Source: the human T2T-CHM13v2.0 reference genome, Homo sapiens
NCBI RefSeq assembly: GCF_009914755.1
Contig: NC_060938.1
Direction: 5' to 3' (one strand)
Length of the DNA stretch: 64,000 nt
This document shows positions 32,165-44,724 of the stretch, one piece after another (position 1 is the stretch's first letter; each line of letters starts with the position of its first letter). The notes beneath the pieces were generated by a model that saw only the letters and a program-made list of their open reading frames with translations, searched no databases and was not told the DNA's origin. The position numbers were made by a program, and so were the translations under genes.

Positions 32165-35100
32165 CATGTCTAGCGTCACCCTCCTTCCTGGCAGTGACAC
32201 TGTTGATGTGAACCCCAATTTCACATCTGTCATTTGTAAATAGGACCATTTTCCCTTTTCGCTCTCCCTTCCATTCACAGGGCTTTTCATTCTCTCTGTT
32301 ACTGCCTCCGTTTCAGATATTTACTCACCTTTTTCTCTCTCACTATGTCTGCCGTGGGCTCCATGAGAGTGCGCCACATAAGATTCCCCCATTAAAAGTC
32401 ATGAATTGAGTGGCTTTTAGTATACCTGTGGTTGTGCACATTCAAATTTAATTCGCAATTCATTGTAGAACGTCTTATCACTCCCGGCCAGAGAAAAACC
32501 CTGTAGACATTAGTCACTCCTCATTCTGTCTCAAACCCTCTCCCTCACCCGCAGCCCTAGGTAGCAACTACCTAGTGCGATCAATCCCATATGCATAGAT
32601 TACCATATTGTGGACATTTCCTATAAGCGGAATTGCACAATAGGGGAGCTGTTATGACTGACATAACACGTAACACAATATTTTCAAGATTCGTCCACAT
32701 TGTAGGCTTACCCACAGGGGGAAACCATTTTTTTGGGGGCTTTTAGTAACACCGGTGTTTTCTCCTTCGTTACGTCCTTCTTTCCTTCCTTCCTTCCTTC
32801 CTTCCTTCCTGACTTCCTTCTTTCCTTCCCTCCTTCCTCCTATTTCTCTCTTACTCCTTCTGCCCTCTCTCTTTCCTATGCCTTAGGTGCATCCCACATT
32901 CTGCGTTTTTTTGGGGAAATCCTCGACAGGTGCAGGAAAATTGTGTTATTGTAACTATTTACCGTTATCTCTCTTTCACGGCTCTCCATCAGTTGTGAAC
33001 ATCTATTGGTTTATCCCAAGTCTCTAAGCATATTTTCATTAGGTAAACCTGTTTTTCCTTATACAGCTGTTTCTGGAGTATAGGGTCGCATACTCATAAA
33101 CCCAGTGTAACTCAGAAACGCATCTAATATTCCAGTAAACCCATCATAACGTTGAAAAATCGTAAATCAAACCATCATAAGTCACGGTTTGTCCGTGGAT
33201 ATGGGCCTCATCAATTCCATTGTATTCAGTAATGCTGTACACCATTAACAATGGCAGACTGATTGGGAGTGGATATTGATAGCATTATAAAAGTCAGTTA
33301 TTAGAGGGATACTTCTTTAACCTGACTGAAGAACTGATCTAATGGCTTTAGTACAGTGCATGATTATGTGCGATGTTTTGAGACAGAGTAGTACATTTGT
33401 GAATGAAATTTTATGGCTTTTTTTTTCACTTAGTAGGAACCATTGTGTGTGGAAAAGTGAGAAAATGGCTTTCTGCTGTAGGGTCTGGCATTCATTGTAG
33501 ATGTAAGCTTATTTTTCTGTGAGCAAATCTTATTCAATAAAATACTACTCTTTATACTAAAAATCAAAAACAGTGGTGATGTGTGGTCATTATCCTCAGC
33601 AAACTTATCCAGGGAAAGAAAACCAAACGCCACAACTCACTTATAATGGGAGCTGAAAAATGAGATCCCATGGACACAGGAAGGGGAACAACACACACTG
33701 GGGCCTTCCGGGAGACAGAGCGTTAAGAAAAACAGCTACTGCATGCTGGGATTAATACCTAGGTGATGGGTTGACAGGTGCAGCAAACCACCATGGCACA
33801 CGTTTACCTTAGTAACAAATCTGCACATCATGCACATATACCCCAGAACTTAGGAACGAAACGAAACAAAAGACAACGAAAAAGCAACAGCAAAACGCTA
33901 AAGGCAAAATAAAGTTTCAAACTGAGAAAGTGACAGACCAACGTCTGGTTCAAATCATGGTTCTCAACCCAGGTGCCATAAGGTCAGGATAAAGGATGTG
34001 ATTACATATTGTCAATAAGACATGCAGCAAATGACCAGAATGATTATTCTCAACATATGAGTGTCTTCTAATTCAATGGCGACGCTATCTACCGGGACAT
34101 AGCATTAGATTCCAAAGGGCCGAGTCCCGCCAGACAGGCCTCCCACACTAATAACAATGGGAAGCCCTACGTTGCTTTACCTGTGCTTCTCAGCCACTGG
34201 CTATAAATCAGGTTGCCACCACTCCCAGATTTAGTTGCATTCATTTGCTGGAAGAGCTCACAGCACGCAGGGAAACACATTTGCCGTTGTATTTTAGCGG
34301 ACATTGCACAAAGTTCAGAAATAAATGTGGGGCCCGGCATGTGGGGAGGGGCGCACTACCTTCCAGGAAGTGCTATCCAGAAGCTCTCTGAACCCAGTCC
34401 TTTTGGGTTTTGATGGAGACCTCATTCTATAGGCATGATGGGTTAAACCATAGGCTATTGGTGATCAACTCCACCTGGGGCTCTCCACCCTCCCTGGAAA
34501 TTGGGGTTGAGGCTTTGCCATCCTCAGTCTGACTAAAAGAATTTACCCAAACGGAATTTTAAAACCGATGAGCATAACTGGAATCTTAATTAGATGATTG
34601 GATTATCTGGAGCCACACCTTGATATTCCTAACCCGAGCACCCTCATCCAACGAATGCTCCACCCAACTGGCTCCCAAGTCTCTACGTGGTTCCAGAGCA
34701 AAAGGATGTTGATACAACGCATATCTCCACCTTTTCTTCAAAGTCTTTACGCTTACACGGAAAGACTTCTTCAACTGCCATGCATCAGGGTCAGGGGGAG
34801 GTCTTGTTACAACACAGATCTGCGGATCTCCGGGGTTTGACTGTGGCAAGGATGCTGCTGGTGTCAAAACCACAACGTGGGAACCACAGAACCACTAGTG
34901 GGTTTTCAGTGTTTCAGTGCATACAATTCCTAATATATCTGGCTAAGAAAACTTGTAAGTTCTTAGATTGTCCCAAAGGTGGCGCATGAAATCAAAGCAG
35001 GAGAACAGTTTCCTTACGAGGTGTAGCCTGGGAAAGTTGGGGGTGACTGATGGAAAGGAGGAGTGAAGCTCCACCCTTTCCGCTGCTAGGCTGCGGCCGA

Positions 35101-35260
35101 GGCAATTTAAACCCACCCTGGCTGGCCTGTACTCAGATCTTCGCGGAGCGGATCAGCGGCCGGAGCGTTTGGCGGACTCTGCGTGGACTTGGAGCTCACA
35201 GAGTCTTGCGACTTGGAAGCGGATTCAGAGGACAGGACAGAACACTTGGACAAGTGAATC

Positions 35261-35291
<31 letters not shown>

Positions 35292-35462
35292 CATTGGTTG
35301 GTTGATTTCCATTTTCTTAAGGGGCACATACCTCACACCGCACACACACAAACACACACACGCACACACACACACACACACGCACACACACGCACACACA
35401 CTCCTTCCTTCTGCGAGTTAGAACATTAGTAGGGGCCCCTGGGAGCTGCAGGTTTCCTAAAC

Positions 35463-38444
35463 ATGTCTGCACCTAAGAACAGTAGGGTCTTGTCTGGCTC
35501 TTCTTATGAACGGTCCCCCAGCCCGGACTCCCCAAGGTCCATGCGAGCCTCACCCAGCTTCTCCCTCTCCCCTCTCAGAAACTCAGGCTTAAGGGGAAGC
35601 TCCTCACCAGGGATCGGGAGCTACCATTCACCATCCCCTAGGGCTTCACCACACTCACCTCTGTCATCACCAGAATCCCACAAGCTCCCATTTCCCTGTC
35701 CTCACCGTGATGGGCAATCAATAAAGCCATTGGGCTCTCCCGTGTCCTCCTCTGAGGAATCCTCAGAGTCCCCACGTTCATCAATAATATACCACATGTT
35801 CTTACTGCCATCACCCAGCAGCTCACCCCCAGCTCTCGGGGGGTCTCCTGTGTCTCCCAGCTACTCTCCAAACAACCCCAGATTTCAGCTGCGGTCAGCC
35901 CCCCACACCAAGGAATCACCTACAAACTCACGAGCCTCACGCTGCTCCACCCCTGTGTCTTTCATCTCTTCACCCCCAGGCCTCAGGGACCCTCCTGTGG
36001 CTCCCAGTTACTCTCCAGCCATCCCCAGGTTCCTGCGGGAGTCAGCCCCATACACCCAGGAGTCCCCCAGAGACTCACAGGTCTTGGGAGATTATGAGCG
36101 GTCCCTCAGCCCTGACTCCTCAAGATTCATGCCTGCCTCACCCAGCTTCTCCCTCTCCCCTCCCAGAAACTCAGACCCAAGGGGCAGCTCCTCACCAGGG
36201 ATGTGGAAGTCCTCTACATCATCCCGCAGGGCTTCACCACTCTCACATCCGTCATCAACAGAATTCCACAACTTTACGTTTCCCTTTCCTAACCAAGCAG
36301 GACAGTCACTCATGTCATTGTGTTCTCCCGTGACCTCCTCTGGAGATTCTTCACAGTCACCTCATTCATCAATAATATACCATATGTTCTTACTGCCATC
36401 ATCCAGCAGCTCACCCCCAGCCACCCATGACTCTCCTGTCTGTCCCAGCTACTCTCCAACTACGCCCAGATTTCAGCGGGAGTCTCTACCCCACACCCCA
36501 GAAACACCTACAAACTCACAGACCTCAGTGAGATCCTCGCCAGTCTCTCTCACGTCTTCACCCCCAGCCCTTACGGACCCTCCAGTCTGTCCCAGCTACT
36601 CTCCAACCACGCCCACATTTCAGCGCGGGTCAGTTCCAGGAACCCAGGGATCACCACCAAGCCCACCGCTTTCACTGAGTTACTCCCCAGTCTCTAGCAC
36701 GTCTTTATCTCCAACCCTCAGGGACTCGCCTGTCTGTCCCAGCTACTCTCCAAACACGCCCACACTTCAGCGGCAGTCCGTTGCAGGCACCCAGAAGTCA
36801 CCACCAAACTCACCAATTTCACTGCGTTACTCCCCAGTCTCTCTCATGTCTTCACCATCCCTCAGGGACTCTCCCGTCTGTCCCAGCTACTCTCCAACCA
36901 CGCCCACATTTCAGCTGGAGTCAGTTCCAGGCACCCCGGAATCACCACCAAACTCACCAATTTCACTCAGTTACTCCTCAGTCTCTACCACGTCTTTATC
37001 TCCAACCCTCAGGGACTCTCCTGTGTGTCCCAGCTACTCTCCAACCATGCCCACACTTCAGCGGGAGTCAGTTCCAGGCACCCAGGAATCACCACCAAAC
37101 TCACCAATTTCACTCAATTACTCTCCAGTCTCTCTCGTGTCTTCACCAGCCCTCAGGGACTCTCCTGTCTGTCCCAGCTACTCTACAACCACGCCCACAT
37201 TTCAGCTGGAGTCAGTTCCAGGCACCCCGGAGTCACCACCAAACTCACCAGTTTCACTCAGTTACTCCCCGGTCTCTCTCATGTCATCACCCCCAGCCCT
37301 CAGGGACTCTCCTGTGTGTCCCAGCTACTCTCCAACCATGCCCAGATTCCAGCGGGAGTCAGTTCCAGGCACCCATGTATCACCACCAAACTCAGCAGTT
37401 TCACTGAGTTACTCCCCAGTCTCTCTCATGTCTTCACCCCCAGACCCCTGGGACTCTCCTGTCTGTCCCAGCTACTCTCCCACCACGCCCAGATTTCAGC
37501 GGGAGTCAGCCTCCCACACTCCGGAATCAGATACAGACTCACAGACTTCACTGAACTCCTCCCTGGTCTCTCTCAGGTCTTTGCCCTCATCCCACAGGGA
37601 CTCTTGTGTCTCTTTCAGCTACTCTCAAAACTTCTCTAGATTCCAGCTGGAGTCAGTTCCAGGCACCCACGATACACCACCGAACTCACGAATTTCACTG
37701 ACTTACGCCCCAGTCTCCCTCATGTTCTCACCCCCAGCCCTCAGGGACTCTTCTGTCTCTCTCAGCTACTCTCCAACCATCTCCAGATTTCACCTGGAGT
37801 CAGCTTCCCACACCCTGGAATCACCTGCAAACTCACGGACCTTACTGCAACCATCCCCCATTTCTTTCACCTCTTCACCCCCTGCCTTCAGGGACTCTCC
37901 TGGGTCTCCCAGCTTCTCTCCAGCCTTCCCCAGATTTCTGCCACAGTCAGCCCCAGGCACCCAGGACAACCCTAGACACTCACAGGCCTCACCAGACTAT
38001 CTCCCTATGACCTGTACCTATACAGGGATGGCTCCCACGCATCCCTCAGTGACCCCAAACCCATCTCCACTTACACTCAGGCACTCCCAGGGCCTGACAG
38101 CTACTCCCCGTTATTGTCCTTCAGTTCGAAGCCCTGGCCAATCTACTAGCCCACATGACGCAGTTACCTGGCCATTTCTCCACGGTTCCCGGGAGGGCCC
38201 CACACCCAGCCGCACAAGAGCCCCTCCTGCATTCCGTCCTCACACGCAGGCCTGTCCATCTACTTGCTACTGTCACACTCTTGCCAGCAGAAGAGGCCCC
38301 TGTAATGGCCGATATCACCACCCAGTCTATCCTCACCCCACAGCTGTGCAGCGGGAACCCCCTGCTGGCCCACGTGGCTGCCACAGCCCATGCTGGCACG
38401 ACGCTCCAGCAGGTCGGCGTCCCTGCGGGCCAAACTACCGGTGA
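35463..38444 (+). CDS. CTD-heptad-like Ser/Pro-rich repeat protein, 993 aa, unit 6
   Basis: Intact ORF. Confidence 0.55.
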   Translation: MSAPKNSRVLSGSSYERSPSPDSPRSMRASPSFSLSPLRNSGLRGSSSPGIGSYHSPSPRASPHSPLSSPESHKLPFPCPHRDGQSIKPLGSPVSSSEESSESPRSSIIYHMFLLPSPSSSPPALGGSPVSPSYSPNNPRFQLRSAPHTKESPTNSRASRCSTPVSFISSPPGLRDPPVAPSYSPAIPRFLRESAPYTQESPRDSQVLGDYERSLSPDSSRFMPASPSFSLSPPRNSDPRGSSSPGMWKSSTSSRRASPLSHPSSTEFHNFTFPFPNQAGQSLMSLCSPVTSSGDSSQSPHSSIIYHMFLLPSSSSSPPATHDSPVCPSYSPTTPRFQRESLPHTPETPTNSQTSVRSSPVSLTSSPPALTDPPVCPSYSPTTPTFQRGSVPGTQGSPPSPPLSLSYSPVSSTSLSPTLRDSPVCPSYSPNTPTLQRQSVAGTQKSPPNSPISLRYSPVSLMSSPSLRDSPVCPSYSPTTPTFQLESVPGTPESPPNSPISLSYSSVSTTSLSPTLRDSPVCPSYSPTMPTLQRESVPGTQESPPNSPISLNYSPVSLVSSPALRDSPVCPSYSTTTPTFQLESVPGTPESPPNSPVSLSYSPVSLMSSPPALRDSPVCPSYSPTMPRFQRESVPGTHVSPPNSAVSLSYSPVSLMSSPPDPWDSPVCPSYSPTTPRFQRESASHTPESDTDSQTSLNSSLVSLRSLPSSHRDSCVSFSYSQNFSRFQLESVPGTHDTPPNSRISLTYAPVSLMFSPPALRDSSVSLSYSPTISRFHLESASHTLESPANSRTLLQPSPISFTSSPPAFRDSPGSPSFSPAFPRFLPQSAPGTQDNPRHSQASPDYLPMTCTYTGMAPTHPSVTPNPSPLTLRHSQGLTATPRYCPSVRSPGQSTSPHDAVTWPFLHGSREGPTPSRTRAPPAFRPHTQACPSTCYCHTLASRRGPCNGRYHHPVYPHPTAVQREPPAGPRGCHSPCWHDAPAGRRPCGPNYR

Positions 38445-41400
38445 CATGTCTAGCGTGACCCTCCTTCCTGGCAGTGACACTGTTGATGTGAACCCCAATT
38501 TCACATCTGTCATTTGTAAATAGGACCATTTTCCCTTTTCGCTCTCCCTTCCATTCACAGGGCTTTTCATTCTCTCTGTTACTGCCTCCGTTTCAGATAT
38601 TTACTCACCTTTTTCTCTCTCACTATGTCTGCCGTGGGCTCCATGAGAGTGCGCCACATAAGATTCCCCCATTAAAAGTCATGAATTGAGTGGCTTTTAG
38701 TATACCTGTGGTTGTGCACATTCAAATTTAATTCGCAATTCATTGTAGAACGTCTTATCACTCCCGGCCAGAGAAAAACCCTGTAGACATTAGTCACTCC
38801 TCATTCTGTCTCAAACCCTCTCCCTCACCCGCAGCCCTAGGTAGCAACTACCTAGTGCGATCAATCCCATATGCATAGATTACCATATTGTGGACATTTC
38901 CTATAAGCGGAATTGCACAATAGGGGAGCTGTTATGACTGACATAACACGTAACACAATATTTTCAAGATTCGTCCACATTGTAGGCTTACCCACAGGGG
39001 GAAACCATTTTTTTGGGGGCTTTTAGTAACACCGGTGTTTTCTCCTTCGTTACGTCCTTCTTTCCTTCCTTCCTTCCTTCCTTCCTTCCTGACTTCCTTC
39101 TTTCCTTCCCTCCTTCCTCCTATTTCTCTCTTACTCCTTCTGCCCTCTCTCTTTCCTATGCCTTAGGTGCATCCCACATTCTGCGTTTTTTTGGGGAAAT
39201 CCTCGACAGGTGCAGGAAAATTGTGTTATTGTAACTATTTACCGTTATCTCTCTTTCACGGCTCTCCATCAGTTGTGAACATCTATTGGTTTATCCCAAG
39301 TCTCTAAGCATATTTTCATTAGGTAAACCTGTTTTTCCTTATACAGCTGTTTCTGGAGTATAGGGTCGCATACTCATAAACCCAGTGTAACTCAGAAACG
39401 CATCTAATATTCCAGTAAACCCATCATAACGTTGAAAAATCGTAAATCAAACCATCATAAGTCACGGTTTGTCCGTGGATATGGGCCTCATCAATTCCAT
39501 TGTATTCAGTAATGCTGTACACCATTAACAATGGCAGACTGATTGGGAGTGGATATTGATAGCATTATAAAAGTCAGTTATTAGAGGGATACTTCTTTAA
39601 CCTGACTGAAGAACTGATCTAATGGCTTTAGTACAGTGCATGATTATGTGCGATGTTTTGAGACAGAGTAGTACATTTGTGAATGAAATTTTATGGCTTT
39701 TTTTTTCACTTAGTAGGAACCATTGTGTGTGGAAAAGTGAGAAAATGGCTTTCTGCTGTAGGGTCTGGCATTCATTGTAGATGTAAGCTTATTTTTCTGT
39801 GAGCAAATCTTATTCAATAAAATACTACTCTTTATACTAAAAAACAAAAACAGTGGTGATGTGTGGTCATTATCCTCAGCAAACTTATCCAGGGAAAGAA
39901 AACCAAACGCCACAACTCACTTATAATGGGAGCTGAAAAATGAGATCCCATGGACACAGGAAGGGGAACAACACACACTGGGGCCTTCCGGGAGACAGAG
40001 CGTTAAGAAAAACAGCTACTGCATGCTGGGATTAATACCTAGGTGATGGGTTGACAGGTGCAGCAAACCACCATGGCACACGTTTACCTTAGTAACAAAT
40101 CTGCACATCATGCACATATACCCCAGAACTTAGGAACGAAACGAAACAAAAGACAACGAAAAAGCAACAGCAAAACGCTAAAGGCAAAATAAAGTTTCAA
40201 ACTGAGAAAGTGACAGACCAACGTCTGGTTCAAATCATGGTTCTCAACCCAGGTGCCATAAGGTCAGGATAAAGGATGTGATTACATATTGTCAATAAGA
40301 CATGCAGCAAATGACCAGAATGATTATTCTCAACATATGAGTGTCTTCTAATTCAATGGCGACGCTATCTACCGGGACATAGCATTAGATTCCAAAGGGC
40401 CGAGTCCCGCCAGACAGGCCTCCCACACTAATAACAATGGGAAGCCCTACGTTGCTTTACCTGTGCTTCTCAGCCACTGGCTATAAATCAGGTTGCCACC
40501 ACTCCCAGATTTAGTTGCATTCATTTGCTGGAAGAGCTCACAGCACGCAGGGAAACACATTTGCCGTTGTATTTTAGCGGACATTGCACAAAGTTCAGAA
40601 ATAAATGTGGGGCCCGGCATGTGGGGAGGGGCGCACTACCTTCCAGGAAGTGCTATCCAGAAGCTCTCTGAACCCAGTCCTTTTGGGTTTTGATGGAGAC
40701 CTCATTCTATAGGCATGATGGGTTAAACCATAGGCTATTGGTGATCAACTCCACCTGGGGCTCTCCACCCTCCCTGGAAATTGGGGTTGAGGCTTTGCCA
40801 TCCTCAGTCTGACTAAAAGAATTTACCCAAACGGAATTTTAAAACCGATGAGCATAACTGGAATCTTAATTAGATGATTGGATTATCTGGAGCCACACCT
40901 TGATATTCCTAACCCGAGCACCCTCATCCAACGAATGCTCCACCCAACTGGCTCCCAAGTCTCTACGTGGTTCCAGAGCAAAAGGATGTTGATACAACGC
41001 ATATCTCCACCTTTTCTTCAAAGTCTTTACGCTTACACGGAAAGACTTCTTCAACTGCCATGCATCAGGGTCAGGGGGAGGTCTTGTTACAACACAGATC
41101 TGCGGATCTCCGGGGTTTGACTGTGGCAAGGATGCTGCTGGTGTCAAAACCACAACGTGGGAACCACAGAACCACTAGTGGGTTTTCAGTGTTTCAGTGC
41201 ATACAATTCCTAATATATCTGGCTAAGAAAACTTGTAAGTTCTTAGATTGTCCCAAAGGTGGCGCATGAAATCAAAGCAGGAGAACAGTTTCCTTACGAG
41301 GTGTAGCCTGGGAAAGTTGGGGGTGACTGATGGAAAGGAGGAGTGAAGCTCCACCCTTTCCGCTGCTAGGCTGCGGCCGAGGCAATTTAAACCCACCCTG

Positions 41401-41540
41401 GCTGGCCTGTACTCAGATCTTCGCGGAGCGGATCAGCGGCCGGAGCGTTTGGCGGACTCTGCGTGGACTTGGAGCTCACAGAGTCTTGCGACTTGGAAGC
41501 GGATTCAGAGGACAGGACAGAACACTTGGACAAGTGAATC

Positions 41541-41571
<31 letters not shown>

Positions 41572-41742
41572 CATTGGTTGGTTGATTTCCATTTTCTTAA
41601 GGGGCACATACCTCACACCGCACACACACAAACACACACACGCACACACACACACACACACGCACACACACGCACACACACTCCTTCCTTCTGCGAGTTA
41701 GAACATTAGTAGGGGCCCCTGGGAGCTGCAGGTTTCCTAAAC

Positions 41743-44724
41743 ATGTCTGCACCTAAGAACAGTAGGGTCTTGTCTGGCTCTTCTTATGAACGGTCCCCCA
41801 GCCCGGACTCCCCAAGGTCCATGCGAGCCTCACCCAGCTTCTCCCTCTCCCCTCTCAGAAACTCAGGCTTAAGGGGAAGCTCCTCACCAGGGATCGGGAG
41901 CTACCATTCACCATCCCCTAGGGCTTCACCACACTCACCTCTGTCATCACCAGAATCCCACAAGCTCCCATTTCCCTGTCCTCACCGTGATGGGCAATCA
42001 ATAAAGCCATTGGGCTCTCCCGTGTCCTCCTCTGAGGAATCCTCAGAGTCCCCACGTTCATCAATAATATACCACATGTTCTTACTGCCATCACCCAGCA
42101 GCTCACCCCCAGCTCTCGGGGGGTCTCCTGTGTCTCCCAGCTACTCTCCAAACAACCCCAGATTTCAGCTGCGGTCAGCCCCCCACACCAAGGAATCACC
42201 TACAAACTCACGAGCCTCACTTTTCTCCACCCCTGTGTCTTTCATCTCTTCACCCCCAGGCCTCAGGGACCCTCCTGTGGCTCCCAGTTACTCTCCAGCC
42301 ATCCCCAGGTTCCTGCGCGAGTCAGCCCCATACACCCAGGAGTCCCCCAGAGACTCACAGGTCTTGGGAGATTATGAGCGGTCCCTCAGCCCTGACTCCT
42401 CAAGATTCATGCCTGCCTCACCCAGCTTCTCCCTCTCCCCTCCCAGAAACTCAGACCCAAGGGGCAGCTCCTCACCAGGGATGTGGAAGTTCTCTACGTC
42501 ATCCCGCAGGGCTTCACCACTCTCACATCCGTCATCAACAGAATTCCACAACTTTACGTTTCCCTTTCCTAACCAAGCAGGACAGTCACTCATGTCATTG
42601 TGTTCTCCCGTGACCTCCTCTGGAGATTCTTCACAGTCACCTCATTCATCAATAATATACCATATGTTCTTACTGCCATCATCCAGCAGCTCACCCCCTG
42701 CCACCCATGACTCTCCTGTCTGTCCCAGCTACTCTCCAACTACGCCCAGATTTCAGCGGGAGTCTGTACCCCACACCCCAGAAACACCTACAAACTCACA
42801 GACCTCAGTGAGATCCTCGCCAGTCTCTCTCACGTCTTCACCCCCAGCCCTTACGGACCCTCCAGTCTGTCCCAGCTACTCTCCAACCACGCCCACATTT
42901 CAGCGCGGGTCAGTTCCAGGAACCCAGGGATCACCACCAAGCCCACCGCTTTCACTGAGTTACTCCCCAGTCTCTAGCACGTCTTTATCTCCAACCCTCA
43001 GGGACTCGCCTGTCTGTCCCAGCTACTCTCCAAACACGCCCACACTTCAGCGGCAGTCCGTTGCAGGCACCCAGAAGTCACCACCAAACTCACCAATTTC
43101 ACTGCGTTACTCCCCAGTCTCTCTCATGTCTTCACCATCCCTCAGGGACTCTCCCGTCTGTCCCAGCTACTCTCCAACCACGCCCACATTTCAGCTGGAG
43201 TCAGTTCCAGGCACCCCGGAATCACCACCAAACTCACCAATTTCACTCAGTTACTCCTCAGTCTCTACCACGTCTTTATCTCCAACCCTCAGGGACTCTC
43301 CTGTGTGTCCCAGCTACTCTCCAACCACGCCCACACTTCAGCGGGAGTCAGTTCCAGGCACCCAGGAATCACCACCAAACTCACCAATTTCACTCAATTA
43401 CTCTCCAGTCTCTCTCGTGTCTTCACCAGCCCTCAGGGACTCTCCTGTCTGTCCCAGCTACTCTACAACCACGCCCACATTTCAGCTGGAGTCAGTTCCA
43501 GGCACCCCGGAGTCACCACCAAACTCACCAGTTTCACTCAGTTACTCCCCGGTCTCTCTCATGTCATCACCCCCAGCCCTCAGGGACTCTCCTGTGCGTC
43601 CCAGCTACTCTCCAACCATGCCCAGATTCCAGCGGGAGTCAGTTCCAGGCACCCATGTATCACCACCAAACTCAGCAGTTTCACTGAGTTACTCCCCAGT
43701 CTCTCTCATGTCTTCACCCCCAGACCCCTGGGACTCTCCTGTCTGTCCCAGCTACTCTCCCACCACGCCCAGATTTCAGCGGGAGTCAGCCTCCCACACT
43801 CCGGAATCAGATACAGACTCACAGACTTCACTGAACTCCTCCCTGGTCTCTCTCAGGTCTTTGCCCTCATCCCACAGGGACTCTTGTGTCTCTTTCAGCT
43901 ACTCTCAAAACTTCTCTAGATTCCAGCTGGAGTCAGTTCCAGGCACCCACGATACACCACCGAACTCACGAATTTCACTGACTTACGCCCCAGTCTCCCT
44001 CATGTTCTCACCCCCAGCCCTCAGGGACTCTTCTGTCTCTCTCAGCTACTCTCCAACCATCTCCAGATTTCACCTGGAGTCAGCTTCCCACACCCTGGAA
44101 TCACCTGCAAACTCACGGACCTTACTGCAACCATCCCCCATTTCTTTCACCTCTTCACCCCCTGCCTTCAGGGACTCTCCTGGGTCTCCCAGCTTCTCTC
44201 CAGCCTTCCCCAGATTTCTGCCACAGTCAGCCCCAGGCACCCAGGACAACCCTAGACACTCACAGGCCTCACCAGACTATCTCCCTATGACCTGTACCTA
44301 TACAGGGATGGCTCCCACGCATCCCTCAGTGACCCCAAACCCATCTCCACTTACACTCAGGCACTCCCAGGGCCTGACAGCTACTCCCCGTTATTGTCCT
44401 TCAGTTCGAAGCCCTGGCCAATCTACTAGCCCACATGACGCAGTTACCTGGCCATTTCTCCACGGTTCCCGGGAGGGCCCCACACCCAGCCGCACAAGAG
44501 CCCCTCCTGCATTCCGTCCTCACACGCAGGCCTGTCCATCTACTTGCTACTGTCACACTCTTGCCAGCAGAAGAGGCCCCTGTAATGGCCGATATCACCA
44601 CCCAGTCTATCCTCACCCCACAGCTGTGCAGCGGGAACCCCCTGCTGGCCCACGTGGCTGCCACAGCCCATGCTGGCACGACGCTCCAGCAGGTCGGCGT
44701 CCCTGCGGGCCAAACTACCGGTGA
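41743..44724 (+). CDS. CTD-heptad-like Ser/Pro-rich repeat protein, 993 aa, unit 7
   Basis: Intact ORF; mosaic of unit-3-type and unit-5-type variants. Confidence 0.55.
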   Translation: MSAPKNSRVLSGSSYERSPSPDSPRSMRASPSFSLSPLRNSGLRGSSSPGIGSYHSPSPRASPHSPLSSPESHKLPFPCPHRDGQSIKPLGSPVSSSEESSESPRSSIIYHMFLLPSPSSSPPALGGSPVSPSYSPNNPRFQLRSAPHTKESPTNSRASLFSTPVSFISSPPGLRDPPVAPSYSPAIPRFLRESAPYTQESPRDSQVLGDYERSLSPDSSRFMPASPSFSLSPPRNSDPRGSSSPGMWKFSTSSRRASPLSHPSSTEFHNFTFPFPNQAGQSLMSLCSPVTSSGDSSQSPHSSIIYHMFLLPSSSSSPPATHDSPVCPSYSPTTPRFQRESVPHTPETPTNSQTSVRSSPVSLTSSPPALTDPPVCPSYSPTTPTFQRGSVPGTQGSPPSPPLSLSYSPVSSTSLSPTLRDSPVCPSYSPNTPTLQRQSVAGTQKSPPNSPISLRYSPVSLMSSPSLRDSPVCPSYSPTTPTFQLESVPGTPESPPNSPISLSYSSVSTTSLSPTLRDSPVCPSYSPTTPTLQRESVPGTQESPPNSPISLNYSPVSLVSSPALRDSPVCPSYSTTTPTFQLESVPGTPESPPNSPVSLSYSPVSLMSSPPALRDSPVRPSYSPTMPRFQRESVPGTHVSPPNSAVSLSYSPVSLMSSPPDPWDSPVCPSYSPTTPRFQRESASHTPESDTDSQTSLNSSLVSLRSLPSSHRDSCVSFSYSQNFSRFQLESVPGTHDTPPNSRISLTYAPVSLMFSPPALRDSSVSLSYSPTISRFHLESASHTLESPANSRTLLQPSPISFTSSPPAFRDSPGSPSFSPAFPRFLPQSAPGTQDNPRHSQASPDYLPMTCTYTGMAPTHPSVTPNPSPLTLRHSQGLTATPRYCPSVRSPGQSTSPHDAVTWPFLHGSREGPTPSRTRAPPAFRPHTQACPSTCYCHTLASRRGPCNGRYHHPVYPHPTAVQREPPAGPRGCHSPCWHDAPAGRRPCGPNYR